NCBI GenBank assembly: GCA_965200715.1
Contig: OZ241374.1
Span: forward strand, 467,972 to 531,971
DNA: 64,000 nucleotides
Origin: Arenicellales bacterium
GTDB taxonomy: Bacteria; Pseudomonadota; Gammaproteobacteria; Arenicellales; Poriferihabitantaceae
Direction: 5' to 3'
The notes beneath the pieces are model-generated. The model was given only the letters and a program-made list of their open reading frames with translations, did not search any database and had not been told where the DNA came from. Positions 33,902 to 44,206 of this stretch are shown piece after piece. The stretch's first letter is position 1. Each line of letters opens with the position of its first letter. The translations under genes and the position numbers were made by a program.

Positions 33902-34980
33902 ACTCTACGGTTACAACAGCGAAAGAAGGCGTCATGACAACGGCAGACAGCCAGTTTCAATTGAATCCCGTCAATCAAAGAAGGTGGGAATTATTTCGAG
34001 CCAATCGACGGAGCATATGGTCGTTGTGGATATTTCTTGCTATGTTTACCCTATCATTGTTTGCAGAGTTCATCGCGAATGATCGTCCATTCTTTGTCTG
34101 GTATGATGGTCAGGCATACTGGCCAGTGGTTGTCGATTATAAGGAATCGGACTTTGGCGGTCCGTTCCCAACGGAAGCGGTTTACCGCGATCCATGGTTA
34201 AAATTGCATATTGAAGAGAAGGGTTTTGCACTATGGCCACTGATTCCGTATCACCATACCACTGTCGATTGGGATCTCAATCATCCTGCACCCGCTCCGC
34301 CAGATGCCTCGCATTGGCTAGGGACAGATGATCAGGCTCGAGATGTTGTTGCCCGTGTGATATATGGGTTTCGAATATCCGTCTTGTTTGGATTCATTCT
34401 AACTCTGCTTAGTGCCATTATTGGAGTTGGTGCAGGAGCCATTCAAGGATATTTTGGGGGTTGGATCGATCTTCTTTTGCAACGCTTTATGGAAGTTTGG
34501 TCTAGTATGCCCACACTGTACATCCTGATCATTTTGGCCAGTGTTGTCGAGCCAAGTTTCTGGTGGCTATTAGGACTTCTGCTCTTATTTTCATGGATGG
34601 GTTTTGTTGGAGTCGTACGTGCAGAATTTCTCAAGACGCGTAAATTCGAATACGTTCGAGCTGCTCGCGCACTAGGGGTAGGGAATACCCGCATCATTTT
34701 GCGTCATGTGCTACCTAATGCATTGGTCGCGACAATTACCTTTATGCCGTTTACGCTGGCCGGCTCAGTAACCGTTTTGACTTCTCTAGATTTTTTAGGC
34801 TTCGGCTTGCCGCCAGGCTCGCCCTCACTCGGTGAATTGCTACAACAGGGAAAATCCAATTTAGGCGCACCTTGGCTCGGGATTACTGGCTTCATGGTCA
34901 TCGGAATCATGCTCTCTCTTTTGATCTTTATCGGCGAGGGTGTTCGAGATGCCTTTGACCCCAGAAAATTATTCCGATGA
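33898..34980 (+). CDS. yejE: ABC transporter permease YejE
   Basis: 360 aa. DppC/OppC-type permease ([32 protein letters not shown]). 4-bp overlaps on both sides. Confidence 0.88.
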   Translation: MNSTVTTAKEGVMTTADSQFQLNPVNQRRWELFRANRRSIWSLWIFLAMFTLSLFAEFIANDRPFFVWYDGQAYWPVVVDYKESDFGGPFPTEAVYRDPWLKLHIEEKGFALWPLIPYHHTTVDWDLNHPAPAPPDASHWLGTDDQARDVVARVIYGFRISVLFGFILTLLSAIIGVGAGAIQGYFGGWIDLLLQRFMEVWSSMPTLYILIILASVVEPSFWWLLGLLLLFSWMGFVGVVRAEFLKTRKFEYVRAARALGVGNTRIILRHVLPNALVATITFMPFTLAGSVTVLTSLDFLGFGLPPGSPSLGELLQQGKSNLGAPWLGITGFMVIGIMLSLLIFIGEGVRDAFDPRKLFR

Positions 34981-36605
34981 ATGACCCAATTCTCTCTGTT
35001 CACGATTTATCGGTCAGTTTTCGACGGTCCGAAAACGGGATCGAGAAGATCACCGATGTAGTGCGGGAAGTTGGATTTGATTTGCATGCTGGAGAGTCAC
35101 TGGCACTAGTCGGTGAGTCTGGATCTGGTAAATCTCTGACTGCTCTTTCGATATTACAACTACTGCCATATCCACATGCTTTTCATCGCACGGGTTCGAT
35201 CCTGTACAAGGGCACAGAACTGATAGGCGCTGAACAGGAAACACTGGAGCGGATTCGAGGTAACGATATCTCAATGATCTTTCAGGAACCGATGACAGCC
35301 CTGAATCCGCTACACTTGATCGAAAAACAAATCGGCGAATCACTGGCTCTTCACCAAAATATGCAGGGTCAGGAGGCATATCAAGAAATCCTTGCACTTT
35401 TGGACAAGGTCTCAATTGATGAACCGAAAACTCGAATCCGATCCTACCCGCACCAACTCTCCGGCGGTCAGCGTCAGCGAGTAATGATAGCGATGGCTCT
35501 GGCGAACCGACCTGATATTTTGCTTGCAGATGAACCCACCACCGCTCTCGATGTGACCGTGCAGAGTCGAATCCTGTCATTACTCAAAGAACTGCAGGCG
35601 AGTGAAAATCTTGGTATCCTGCTGATTACTCATGACCTAAATATGGTCCGTAAATTTGCCGATCGAATTCTGGTTATGCAAAATGGGCGTCTGGTAGAAA
35701 AAGGAAAGGCGGATATGGTATTCACAAACCCTGTACATACTCATACTCGGGATTTGATTGAAGCCGAACCGCCGGTACGAGTGACCCCCAAAGAGCCTGG
35801 AAAGTCCATTTTCAAGGGTGAAGATGTCAAAGTTTGGTATCCAATTAAACGAGGGCTGTTGAAAAAAACAGTTGGCCACATAAAAGCACTCAATCGGGCT
35901 ACTCTGGAATTGTATACCGGCCGTACCTTGGGGGTAGTCGGTGAATCCGGTTCAGGAAAAACTACCCTTGCTCTTGCATTATTGCGTTTAATCGATTACG
36001 AGGGCCAAATCCAACTCGATGGCCAAATACTCGGGAAATCAAGTGGTCCAGAGATGATGCAAATCAGACGTACTATGCAAGTGGTATTTCAGGATCCTTA
36101 TGGGTCATTATCTCCTCGCATGTCGATCACCGATATTATTAGCGAGGGACTCGATGCTCACAAACTCATGCCCGATCCAATTGAACGAGACCGTGAAGTA
36201 GTTCGTATTCTAGAGCAAGTCGAAATTGAACCGGATGTGCGATTTCGCTATCCCCATGAGTTCTCTGGTGGACAACGTCAAAGAATCGCTATTGCCCGAG
36301 CATTGATATTGAAACCGAGAATTTTGTTTTTGGATGAACCCACTTCAGCACTAGACCGGACCGTGCAGATTCAGGTATTAGAACTATTGACACGTCTCCA
36401 ACAGCAACACGGCATGGCCTATGTTTTTATCTCGCATGACCTGTCGGTTATTCGGGCTATCGCAGATCAAGTGATGGTCATGAAAGATGGTGATGTCGTT
36501 GAGCAGGGAGATGCAAAAACACTGTTTGCAAGCCCTCAGCATTCATATACACAGATGTTGTTTGAGGCGGCTTTTATGGGAGCGACGTCCAGCTTCGCCG
36601 GGTAA
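34977..36605 (+). CDS. yejF: ABC transporter ATP-binding protein YejF (duplicated ATPase)
   Basis: Two complete ABC cassettes: GESGSGKS / LSGGQRQRVMIAMA / LLADEPTTALD, and GESGSGKTT / FSGGQRQRIAIARA / LFLDEPTSALD. Confidence 0.92.
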   Translation: MNDPILSVHDLSVSFRRSENGIEKITDVVREVGFDLHAGESLALVGESGSGKSLTALSILQLLPYPHAFHRTGSILYKGTELIGAEQETLERIRGNDISMIFQEPMTALNPLHLIEKQIGESLALHQNMQGQEAYQEILALLDKVSIDEPKTRIRSYPHQLSGGQRQRVMIAMALANRPDILLADEPTTALDVTVQSRILSLLKELQASENLGILLITHDLNMVRKFADRILVMQNGRLVEKGKADMVFTNPVHTHTRDLIEAEPPVRVTPKEPGKSIFKGEDVKVWYPIKRGLLKKTVGHIKALNRATLELYTGRTLGVVGESGSGKTTLALALLRLIDYEGQIQLDGQILGKSSGPEMMQIRRTMQVVFQDPYGSLSPRMSITDIISEGLDAHKLMPDPIERDREVVRILEQVEIEPDVRFRYPHEFSGGQRQRIAIARALILKPRILFLDEPTSALDRTVQIQVLELLTRLQQQHGMAYVFISHDLSVIRAIADQVMVMKDGDVVEQGDAKTLFASPQHSYTQMLFEAAFMGATSSFAG

Positions 36606-37264
36606 ATATTTTTCTTCGAAGCCAATATTCGCTATCTCAGCCAATTCATCGTTCACACATTCCGAGCTTGCATATTTGAAGTATGTTTTTGAATGTCTAT
36701 TTGTATTTGAAAGGGTGATGATAATGCTTGTTGTCTATTTGCGATGTCGGCTGCAAAGGTGGTAGATGACAGACGAATTTTCCATTCTCCTTAACCAAAA
36801 TATATTGCGCTAAAGTTTGAATATATTGTCGTTTGGGCAAATTCCGAAACACTGGATATATCGGGCTTTGCAATTTCGATGTAAGTGAACGCTGTTTGAC
36901 GTGAATATATCCATCTCTTACGCTTGAACCAAGATTCGATGTTTCTGAATGTAGATATTTTCGAGGAATGCCGATACTTTTAGCAAGCGATTTCAGGGCA
37001 AGGGAGTTAATTGAGTTGACGCTTTGTTTGGTTCGGTGTCGCGCGATAATCTCTGTCCGTTCAACTCGCCCAATTCAAGCAAGCCAAACTCATTTTTATC
37101 GAAGCACATTGCCTCGAAACAATACGGAAAAATTCAGAAAAACCCTCTGCAAGAATGGTATGCGGATGTTATTCTGCAGTAGAGAGAACTGAATGAGGCA
37201 AGCGGATACAGAATTACATTCGACATGTGATTACCCGTAATTTTATCGTGCATTGTTTAGGTTG

Positions 37265-39343
37265 TTATCCACCGAACACGCGTCGCACCGATATTCCGCC
37301 ATAGAAATTGCGTTCCGGTGCTGGTTCATAGAAACGGGAGCCAAAAGCATTGATTCGGATATTGCTGTTATATTCCTCATCAAACAGATTGTTCACCCCT
37401 ATAAAAGGTGATATTTCCCAATCACCAATAAATTTTTCTTGACCAAAGCGCAGATTACTTACAGTATAACCATCTACCTTGGTTTGATTCGCATTATCGG
37501 CATACAGGCTACCGACCAGATTTGCATTCCAGATCAAATAATGCCCGTTTTTACCAAACCAGGTTAAACCGAGATACAGGAAATGTTCTGGAATGCCGGG
37601 AATTTGTTTTCCATCGAACACATTACCCTTTTCATTGGAAAAGCGATCAAATTTGAAATCAGACCAGGTGAATGCGGATGCAAACTCAAATCCATGACCC
37701 AACTTTGTAGCATAGGACAGTTCAATGCCTTCACGACTGGATTCACCAGCATTTCGATAGAAAGTACGTCCTTCTTGTTCTTTTGGCTCATATGGATTCA
37801 GTTCATTCCTGATATCAATCGAGAATAACGCGACCTCATATCGATGCTTTCCAGTCAGCGACTTGATGCCGATTTCGTAATTTGTGGATTCTTGAGGTTC
37901 GAGTGTCTGGTCGAATCCTCCTTCATTTAGAATTGGATTTGCTAGTTCTGTGGTCGTTGGTGTTTCGAATCCACTGGAAATATTCGAATAGAGGCGTACA
38001 TCTTCGGTTAATGCGAAACTGAGACCAACCATTGGACTAACTTGGTCAAAGGTAATGTTTCCTGAGTCGTCTCCGTTTGAAGAGTTGATAAAGCGATCTG
38101 TGACATCATACTCCACCTCATCATAACGTAGGCCCACAGTGAATTCAGATCGATCAGTGATACGTGTCTCATTCTGTAGGAATACACCGAGGGAGGTTAC
38201 CTCCTCATTTTGATCGAGTACACGGGCACCGGCGATTCCCCCTTCTTTATTTTGGAATCGAGAACGATCATCATCCTGTCGGTCAATATCCAGTCCCATT
38301 AGAAAGCGATTGGGTTTGCTACCAAGGCTACTTTCCCAAGTATATTGGAGACCCGTGCCGAGAACATTGCGATCAAATCTGATGATACCATTGCCGGGTA
38401 TTGGAAGGCTAGCATCGAATTCTCGATCAATATGATGTACTCGGGCTTGCAGGGAGTGACCTTTGGTCAATTCTGTTCGTACCATCAGGCCAAACCGGTT
38501 CTGTCTCAAGGTCTCACCTGTATTAAACATCAGGTTTCGGTCTCGTGCTTGCCTTCGATTCGCTTCGACACTTGTCGCATTAATTCCTCCTGGGTCATTG
38601 GCAACTGGCTGATCGGTATGATGCAAGGTTGCAACGACCGTTGTATTCTGTGATAGGTCGGCTTCGAGACGAGTATTGAATTGTCGATTCTCTGCTTCGC
38701 TATGGTCACGATATCCATCCGTCCTGGTATCCGAAACATTAACCATATAATTCAGATCTCCCGACTGGCCACCAAACTTGAGTTGATGCTTCTGCAATCC
38801 ATGCTCACCACCAGTGGATCTGATTTCGGTAAAAGGTTCAGGTGGTCCTCGCTCACTCTCCACAATGATGGCGCCTCCAGATGCATTCCCATAGAGTGAG
38901 GACGCCGGTCCACGAATTACGGTTATCTGTTCGACCGAACCGATATCGATTCCGTCCACTGAGCCCTGACCATCGGGGAGGGTTTCTGGGATTCCGTCAA
39001 CAATGACCTTGATACCACGAATGCCAAAGGCGGAACGGGCTCCAAATCCACGGATGGAGGCACGCAGATCCTGAGCAAAGTTATACCGATTCATTAAAAA
39101 TAACCCAGGCACACTGTTAAGGGATTCATCAAGTCCAAGTTGTTCTGCGCCCAACTGAATATCGTCTCGGCCAATATTACTTACAGCAGATGGAATTTCT
39201 GTAAGGTTTTTTTCAACCCGGGTGGCGGTTACATCAATTGGTTCCAATGTGATAACCTGAGCTGATACACTGGTCCATGAAAATAAGTATGCGATACTGA
39301 CAAAAATCAGTTTCAGCAATATTGGATTAATAATTCGTGCCAT
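37265..39343 (-). CDS. TonB-dependent outer-membrane receptor
   Basis: 692 aa. Signal peptide, plug domain (IDVTATRVEKNLTEIPSAVSNIGRDDI, IRGFGARSAFGIRGIKVIVDGIP), long beta-barrel with alternating-pattern strands. Confidence 0.9.
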   Translation of the reverse strand: MARIINPILLKLIFVSIAYLFSWTSVSAQVITLEPIDVTATRVEKNLTEIPSAVSNIGRDDIQLGAEQLGLDESLNSVPGLFLMNRYNFAQDLRASIRGFGARSAFGIRGIKVIVDGIPETLPDGQGSVDGIDIGSVEQITVIRGPASSLYGNASGGAIIVESERGPPEPFTEIRSTGGEHGLQKHQLKFGGQSGDLNYMVNVSDTRTDGYRDHSEAENRQFNTRLEADLSQNTTVVATLHHTDQPVANDPGGINATSVEANRRQARDRNLMFNTGETLRQNRFGLMVRTELTKGHSLQARVHHIDREFDASLPIPGNGIIRFDRNVLGTGLQYTWESSLGSKPNRFLMGLDIDRQDDDRSRFQNKEGGIAGARVLDQNEEVTSLGVFLQNETRITDRSEFTVGLRYDEVEYDVTDRFINSSNGDDSGNITFDQVSPMVGLSFALTEDVRLYSNISSGFETPTTTELANPILNEGGFDQTLEPQESTNYEIGIKSLTGKHRYEVALFSIDIRNELNPYEPKEQEGRTFYRNAGESSREGIELSYATKLGHGFEFASAFTWSDFKFDRFSNEKGNVFDGKQIPGIPEHFLYLGLTWFGKNGHYLIWNANLVGSLYADNANQTKVDGYTVSNLRFGQEKFIGDWEISPFIGVNNLFDEEYNSNIRINAFGSRFYEPAPERNFYGGISVRRVFGG

Positions 39344-39402
39344 TAATCAATTCGTGTACGCTGAAGTTAGAAATGGAAAGGTCATGCAAGAATTGAACAT
39401 CT

Positions 39403-39759
39403 TTATTCGTCTGGAACGGTCACCGAGATCTGGATTGAGGCATACCAAGTAGCGAGATCTCGAATATCTTGATCACTCAGGGACTGAGCAATAATAGACA
39501 TTTGGGGGTGTTGACGTTTCCCTGAACGATATGCCTCAAGCTGGATAACCGTATAATCTTCCCTTTGACCAGCAATATTGGGCACCATAGCTAAAGTTGC
39601 CAAACCATCTATGCCATGACATGTCTGGCAGGCAACTTCTGCTTTGAGTTTCCCTGCCTTGGCATCATCGGCCGATGAGAGTTGAGTATGCCCAAGACAA
39701 TATATTGATACCGACAGAATGAATATTACTGTCTGGATAGATTGATTCAAATTTCGCAC
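39403..39759 (-). CDS. Class I c-type cytochrome (monohaem)
   Basis: 118 aa. Signal peptide and a single CQTCHG haem-binding motif. A downstream Met (HPQMS) is a possible axial ligand. GTG start. Confidence 0.85.
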   Translation of the reverse strand: MRNLNQSIQTVIFILSVSIYCLGHTQLSSADDAKAGKLKAEVACQTCHGIDGLATLAMVPNIAGQREDYTVIQLEAYRSGKRQHPQMSIIAQSLSDQDIRDLATWYASIQISVTVPDE

Positions 39760-39767
39760 TAGAGTAT

Positions 39768-39795
39768 AGCGGTGCCGAAGAGTACCGGCACCGCT
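39768..39795 (-). promoter_or_regulatory. Intercistronic GC-rich hairpin between the dehydrogenase and cytochrome c genes
   Basis: AGCGGTGCCG (39768-39777), loop AAGAGTAC, CGGCACCGCT (39786-39795). Perfect 10-bp stem inside a 52-nt intergenic gap. Confidence 0.5.
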
Positions 39796-39811
39796 TAGGT
39801 AGGATTACCGA

Positions 39812-41098
39812 TTAACCATCATAAGAAATGCGGTAGATTGCACCAACTTTGTCATCTGAGACTAGGATGGAGCCATCCACATATTGTTGTACGTCTACCG
39901 GGCGTCCAGAGTAAACTCCATTCGATTGCAACCATCCTTCAGCAAAAGGTATCATTTCTTTCGCATTGCCTTCTTCATCTAGAAAAGTCACCATAACCCG
40001 AGCACCGCGTGGCACTACAGCGTTCCAAGAGCCGTGCTGGGCACTGAAAATTGCTCCCTTATACTTTGCCGGAAACATGTCACCAGTGTAGAACATCATG
40101 CCTAAGTCCGCTGCGTGGGCAATGGTTTCCACTTGTGGTGGGACATAACGTGCAAGTTTATCCGCAGGAATTTCCTCATTGGCATATTCATTGGTACGTA
40201 CTTCACCTCCACCATAGTGTGGATGGCCATACCACAAGCCATCTTCAGGGATTCGGTTTAATTCTCCAGGAGGAGTTTCATCGCCCATGCCATCCACTTG
40301 ATTATCGGTGAACCACAGAGAACCATCAGCAGGGTTGAAGGCATGGCCAACTGAATTTCGAATGCCGGTAGCGATAACTTGACGATCACTTCCATCGCGA
40401 TTCATGCGCAGCATTCCGCCAATTCCAACCCTATCGTACAGTTCCTGCTTTTCAGGTGGAGATACATTATAAGGTTGACCAAGGCTGACATATAACTTGT
40501 TGTCAGGTCCAATGGCACACACTCTGGCAGTATGATTGTAAGACTCCTCCTCAGTAGGAATCAGTTTACCCTGAGGTACAATTGGGATCGCAACTGTATC
40601 TGGACTTTCCATAAAGAACTCGGCGGCAGGGAACATCAGAATACGATTACGTTCCGCTACAAACAAAAAGCCGTCAGGTGTATAACAGACTCCATTCGGT
40701 ATGTCGAACTGAACACTTGGACTGAATTCTTCAACGGTATCTGCCACATTGTCGAGATCACGGTCTGTGGCTGCCCATACCTTCGTCTTGCGAGTGCCAA
40801 TCCACACTGTACCCTTATTGCGTCCGATTGCCATATGTCGAGCATCAGGAGCCAATGCAAAAAGTTCAATCTTGAAACCTTCGGGGAGTGAAATGGTCTC
40901 TAGAATTTGCCTGACATTGTTGGCGAAATCGCCACCTTGGTCAATCGTTTCACCTGCTCCGGTACCTGTGGTCTTGAATGCGCCAAGTTTACTTAGGTTA
41001 TCCGCATCGGAAGCGAGGGCGTTGGCCCCAGTTAAAAACATGAGTGATGCAATAGTTGTTGCACACAAGTACTTTGGAATTGATAGTTTTCTTTTCAT
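39812..41098 (-). CDS. PQQ-dependent sugar (glucose/sorbosone-type) dehydrogenase, beta-propeller
   Basis: Signal peptide from MKRKLSIPKYLCATTIASLMFLTGANALA (start 41098). Repeated propeller-like blades. C-terminus GRPVDVQQYVDGSILVSDDKVGAIYRISY is typical of the sorbosone dehydrogenase / GDH-B family. Confidence 0.75.
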   Translation of the reverse strand: MKRKLSIPKYLCATTIASLMFLTGANALASDADNLSKLGAFKTTGTGAGETIDQGGDFANNVRQILETISLPEGFKIELFALAPDARHMAIGRNKGTVWIGTRKTKVWAATDRDLDNVADTVEEFSPSVQFDIPNGVCYTPDGFLFVAERNRILMFPAAEFFMESPDTVAIPIVPQGKLIPTEEESYNHTARVCAIGPDNKLYVSLGQPYNVSPPEKQELYDRVGIGGMLRMNRDGSDRQVIATGIRNSVGHAFNPADGSLWFTDNQVDGMGDETPPGELNRIPEDGLWYGHPHYGGGEVRTNEYANEEIPADKLARYVPPQVETIAHAADLGMMFYTGDMFPAKYKGAIFSAQHGSWNAVVPRGARVMVTFLDEEGNAKEMIPFAEGWLQSNGVYSGRPVDVQQYVDGSILVSDDKVGAIYRISYDG

Positions 41099-41548
41099 GT
41101 TGGTGTTTTCAAATTTGTATAAATTATTATGATAATCTGATGACAAGTAAAAACTCGACAAGCGCAAGTTAAACTTGTGTTTGAATGAGTACACCCTACG
41201 CAATTATTGCACTCATTTCAACAACAAACTCAACTGCATAAATCGAAAACCCGAAAGTACCCTCAATGCCTTATAGGGCGCGATTTTTAAGGAGTCTGCA
41301 GAATTAACCAATGAGTGATCATCGGTTATTTTTGAAAACAACAGTTTATAAGGTTTTTCGCACCATACCGAACACTCGATTTGAGGATTAGTGCAAAGCG
41401 CAACATTCAAAGTGCAGGAATCTTTTTGGCGATTGTCGTTAGTAAATTGCAAATACGTTAGCAGAAAAATGATAGTTTTGGTTTAATAATTGTGCAAAAA
41501 GAACAGTCCCGAATTTCAGTTCAAAGCATAGTAATGGTTTCCAATTCC

Positions 41549-42838
41549 TCAAGTATGAAGAAAGTTCAGACGGCCAAGCCTCAGTCCAGAAATCAGGGAA
41601 CTCGAATCAGATTTGCCGAGTACCAAATCAGCAGTTGCAAGACCGGCCCCTGGTCCGATACCAAAGCCATGACCCGAAAATCCAGTTGAGATAATCAATC
41701 CCGGCACTGGATGGCATTCATCAATCACTGGAAGTTCGTCCGGCATAACATCAATCATGCCAGCCCATATTCTAGAAATCTTGATGTTGGCTAATTCTGG
41801 AAAAAGATATCCCAGTCTACTTTGAGCTTGTTTCAGTGAAGCATAATTGGGTTTTGGGTCAAGGACGCGTTCATGCTCAAATGGGCTTCGATGGTTAGGA
41901 GAGGGAATGTTCGGCCATGACAGTTCAGTGAAGAACCGACGGGTAAGCTGCAGTTTGACCAATTCCTTAGAAGTGCGATAAGTTGGCAAATAGGATTGGG
42001 CAAATCGAAAGAAATCAGGGGTGATTGGACAATCTGCATTCCCGGCAGGAGCAATAATGTAGCTACCGTCAGGTCGTTTTCGAAGTCCTATACCCTGACT
42101 CCAGAGCGATGGACCGACAGCATGATCGATAGGCTGGGATTGCATGACAGAAGAAATCACTTTCAATTGGGGTAGCCGAATACCGAACTGTCGACAGATA
42201 TAGCGACTCCATGCACCACCGCAACAGACTACAACAGGCGCTCGGATACGGCCATGCTCAGTAATGACTCCGGCAACTCTACCCGCTTCGATATCGACCC
42301 TGCGAACTGCACACTGCTCTAGGATCTGCCCGCCCTCTTTGACTGTTAGTTGTCCAAGGGCTCGTATCGCGAGATGAGGTTCAGCGCTCGCATCGCTAGG
42401 GGTAAATAATGCATCTCGAGTTTGCTTCTGAATACCCGGAGTAACAGTTTGCAGTTCCTGAACGCTTAGTATTTTTGAATCCAAACCAAATTCTTTGGCA
42501 TGCTCTAGCCATTTCCGATTGGCTTCATAGCGTTTTTCAGTGTCTGACAAATATAAGGTTCCATTAACCCGAAATCCGATATCATGATCGATCCTTGTCA
42601 CGAACTCATGCCACAGTTCGAGAGATCGAATGATCAGGGGAATTTCAGCAGGATGACGTCCCTGTTTTCGGATCAGGCCCCAGTTTCGACTGGACTGCTC
42701 ACAACCAACCCAACCTTTTTCACAAACCACCACATCAAGGCCGGCGAGAGCTAGATGATAGGCCGTAAAACAACCAATAATGCCACCGCCTATGATTACT
42801 GCATCTGCGGTTTGAGGCAAATGAGCGCGGGTACTCAT
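41549..42838 (-). CDS. FAD-dependent oxidoreductase (DAO / D-amino-acid dehydrogenase-like)
   Basis: 429 aa. Dinucleotide-binding DAVIIGGGIIGCFTAYHLALAG at the N-terminus. C-terminal GFSGHGFGIGPG is typical of the DAO family. Confidence 0.85.
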   Translation of the reverse strand: MSTRAHLPQTADAVIIGGGIIGCFTAYHLALAGLDVVVCEKGWVGCEQSSRNWGLIRKQGRHPAEIPLIIRSLELWHEFVTRIDHDIGFRVNGTLYLSDTEKRYEANRKWLEHAKEFGLDSKILSVQELQTVTPGIQKQTRDALFTPSDASAEPHLAIRALGQLTVKEGGQILEQCAVRRVDIEAGRVAGVITEHGRIRAPVVVCCGGAWSRYICRQFGIRLPQLKVISSVMQSQPIDHAVGPSLWSQGIGLRKRPDGSYIIAPAGNADCPITPDFFRFAQSYLPTYRTSKELVKLQLTRRFFTELSWPNIPSPNHRSPFEHERVLDPKPNYASLKQAQSRLGYLFPELANIKISRIWAGMIDVMPDELPVIDECHPVPGLIISTGFSGHGFGIGPGAGLATADLVLGKSDSSSLISGLRLGRLNFLHT

Positions 42839-43149
42839 GCAAAATAGGGTTGTGCGAGTTCTTCCATTTGTTGAGCAAGATCGACATCAAGTTGTGTAAC
42901 ACCACCACTACTATGGGTAGTCAAGGCTACCTCAACCGTTTTATAGACATTCGACCACTCTGGATGATGGTTCATTCTTTCGGACACGATTGCTGCGCTC
43001 ATCATAAAACCCATGGCTTGAATAAAATTCTTGAACATAAATTTACGACACAGTTTATTGTCATCATATATCCATCCTCCTGAAGATTGCAGGTTCAGGA
43101 TAGTAATCGCATTTTTGATTGCCTGCTGATCGAGCAGTTCTCTTGACAT
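42835..43149 (-). CDS. phhB: Pterin-4-alpha-carbinolamine dehydratase
   Basis: 104 aa. ...FKNFIQAMGFMMSAAIVSERMNHHPEWSNVYKTVEVALTTHSSGGVTQLDVDLA matches the PCD signature (HHPEW.NVY..V...L.TH). Confidence 0.9.
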   Translation of the reverse strand: MSRELLDQQAIKNAITILNLQSSGGWIYDDNKLCRKFMFKNFIQAMGFMMSAAIVSERMNHHPEWSNVYKTVEVALTTHSSGGVTQLDVDLAQQMEELAQPYFA

Positions 43150-43179
43150 ATTAACTTCTCCAATATTGATTTGTATGTA

Positions 43180-43995
43180 TTATGCGAACGGCCGAAAACT
43201 AGCTGATGCCCAAACCTCGCCAGTTAACGGATCATTCTCAATCATACTGCCTATACATTCAGCAATTTCCTGTGGGTGGATTTTTCTCCCAAGCCCGATA
43301 TCCGGTTTCAGATGTTTATCGAAATACCCAACATCAACCTGATCGACCATAGGTGTGTCAACAAAACCCGGATGGACGATTTTCGTCAATACTCCATGCC
43401 GTAGTCCTTCCTTGTTGAGAGTTGTACAGGCTCCTCGTAGTCCCGACTTAGCAGACGCATAACTGATTTGTCCACGGTTTCCTCTGGATGATACCGAACC
43501 GATCATGATATTGACGCCCTGAATGCCCATATGAGAGTTCCACTTGTCTATTCTCTGCTGTTGCTGTTTACTGGCTATTCCGGCAATCGTCTCCATGGAC
43601 CAGTAAATGGGATGCATCAAATTCACTTCTATTACCTGACGAAATTGCTGATCACTATAAAGTTCAATATTACCGGATTGCTTCTCGACCTGGACGGCCA
43701 ATCCATCACGCAATATACCCGCTGCAGTAACACAAATCTCGACTGGCCCAAACTCCGATTTAAGAGTGTTAAATACACTTTTTCGGAAATCATTATCGCA
43801 GACATTCCCGCAAAATGGCTTGATGTTTGGATGACCCGAGGTGTTTTTCAAAGAATCTGCAATATCCAGACATTCGTCAGATCGATCAACCAGACCAATG
43901 GCCCGAATCTTTTTGCCGATTAGATAATTTGCCATTGCTAATCCAATACCACCGGTTGCACCGGTAATAACGGCTACCTTGTTTTGAATATCCAT
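43180..43995 (-). CDS. Short-chain dehydrogenase/reductase (SDR) family oxidoreductase
   Basis: VAVITGATGGIGLA cofactor motif and the catalytic YASAK (YxxxK). 271 aa. Confidence 0.88.
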   Translation of the reverse strand: MDIQNKVAVITGATGGIGLAMANYLIGKKIRAIGLVDRSDECLDIADSLKNTSGHPNIKPFCGNVCDNDFRKSVFNTLKSEFGPVEICVTAAGILRDGLAVQVEKQSGNIELYSDQQFRQVIEVNLMHPIYWSMETIAGIASKQQQQRIDKWNSHMGIQGVNIMIGSVSSRGNRGQISYASAKSGLRGACTTLNKEGLRHGVLTKIVHPGFVDTPMVDQVDVGYFDKHLKPDIGLGRKIHPQEIAECIGSMIENDPLTGEVWASASFRPFA

Positions 43996-44206
43996 AGAAT
44001 GTTCCGTATTGGTAATCCAGATGATAATAGGGTTGAGTAGAAATAGGAGCAGTTTTATTCCCTGATTTCCTGACTGAGATGGTGAGTGATTCGCATATTG
44101 CTTCTGATATAATTCCGCCTGTTAAATAACCATATCCAGAACATATACTGCATGAATTGAGTTTCTTTTGCAGTGCACATTATATTTCAGAATCCAGAGG
44201 TTCGTG

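Noticed and set aside
35050-35580. 176-aa minus-strand ORF inside yejF.
   Set aside because: It is a shadow ORF antisense to a canonical double ABC ATPase, with implausible composition and no RBS context.
36968-37192. 74-aa + strand ORF in the yejF-TonB receptor spacer.
   Set aside because: Its composition is implausible (Arg/Cys/Leu-rich), and it lies antisense to the more protein-like start-less minus-strand frame discussed in the findings.
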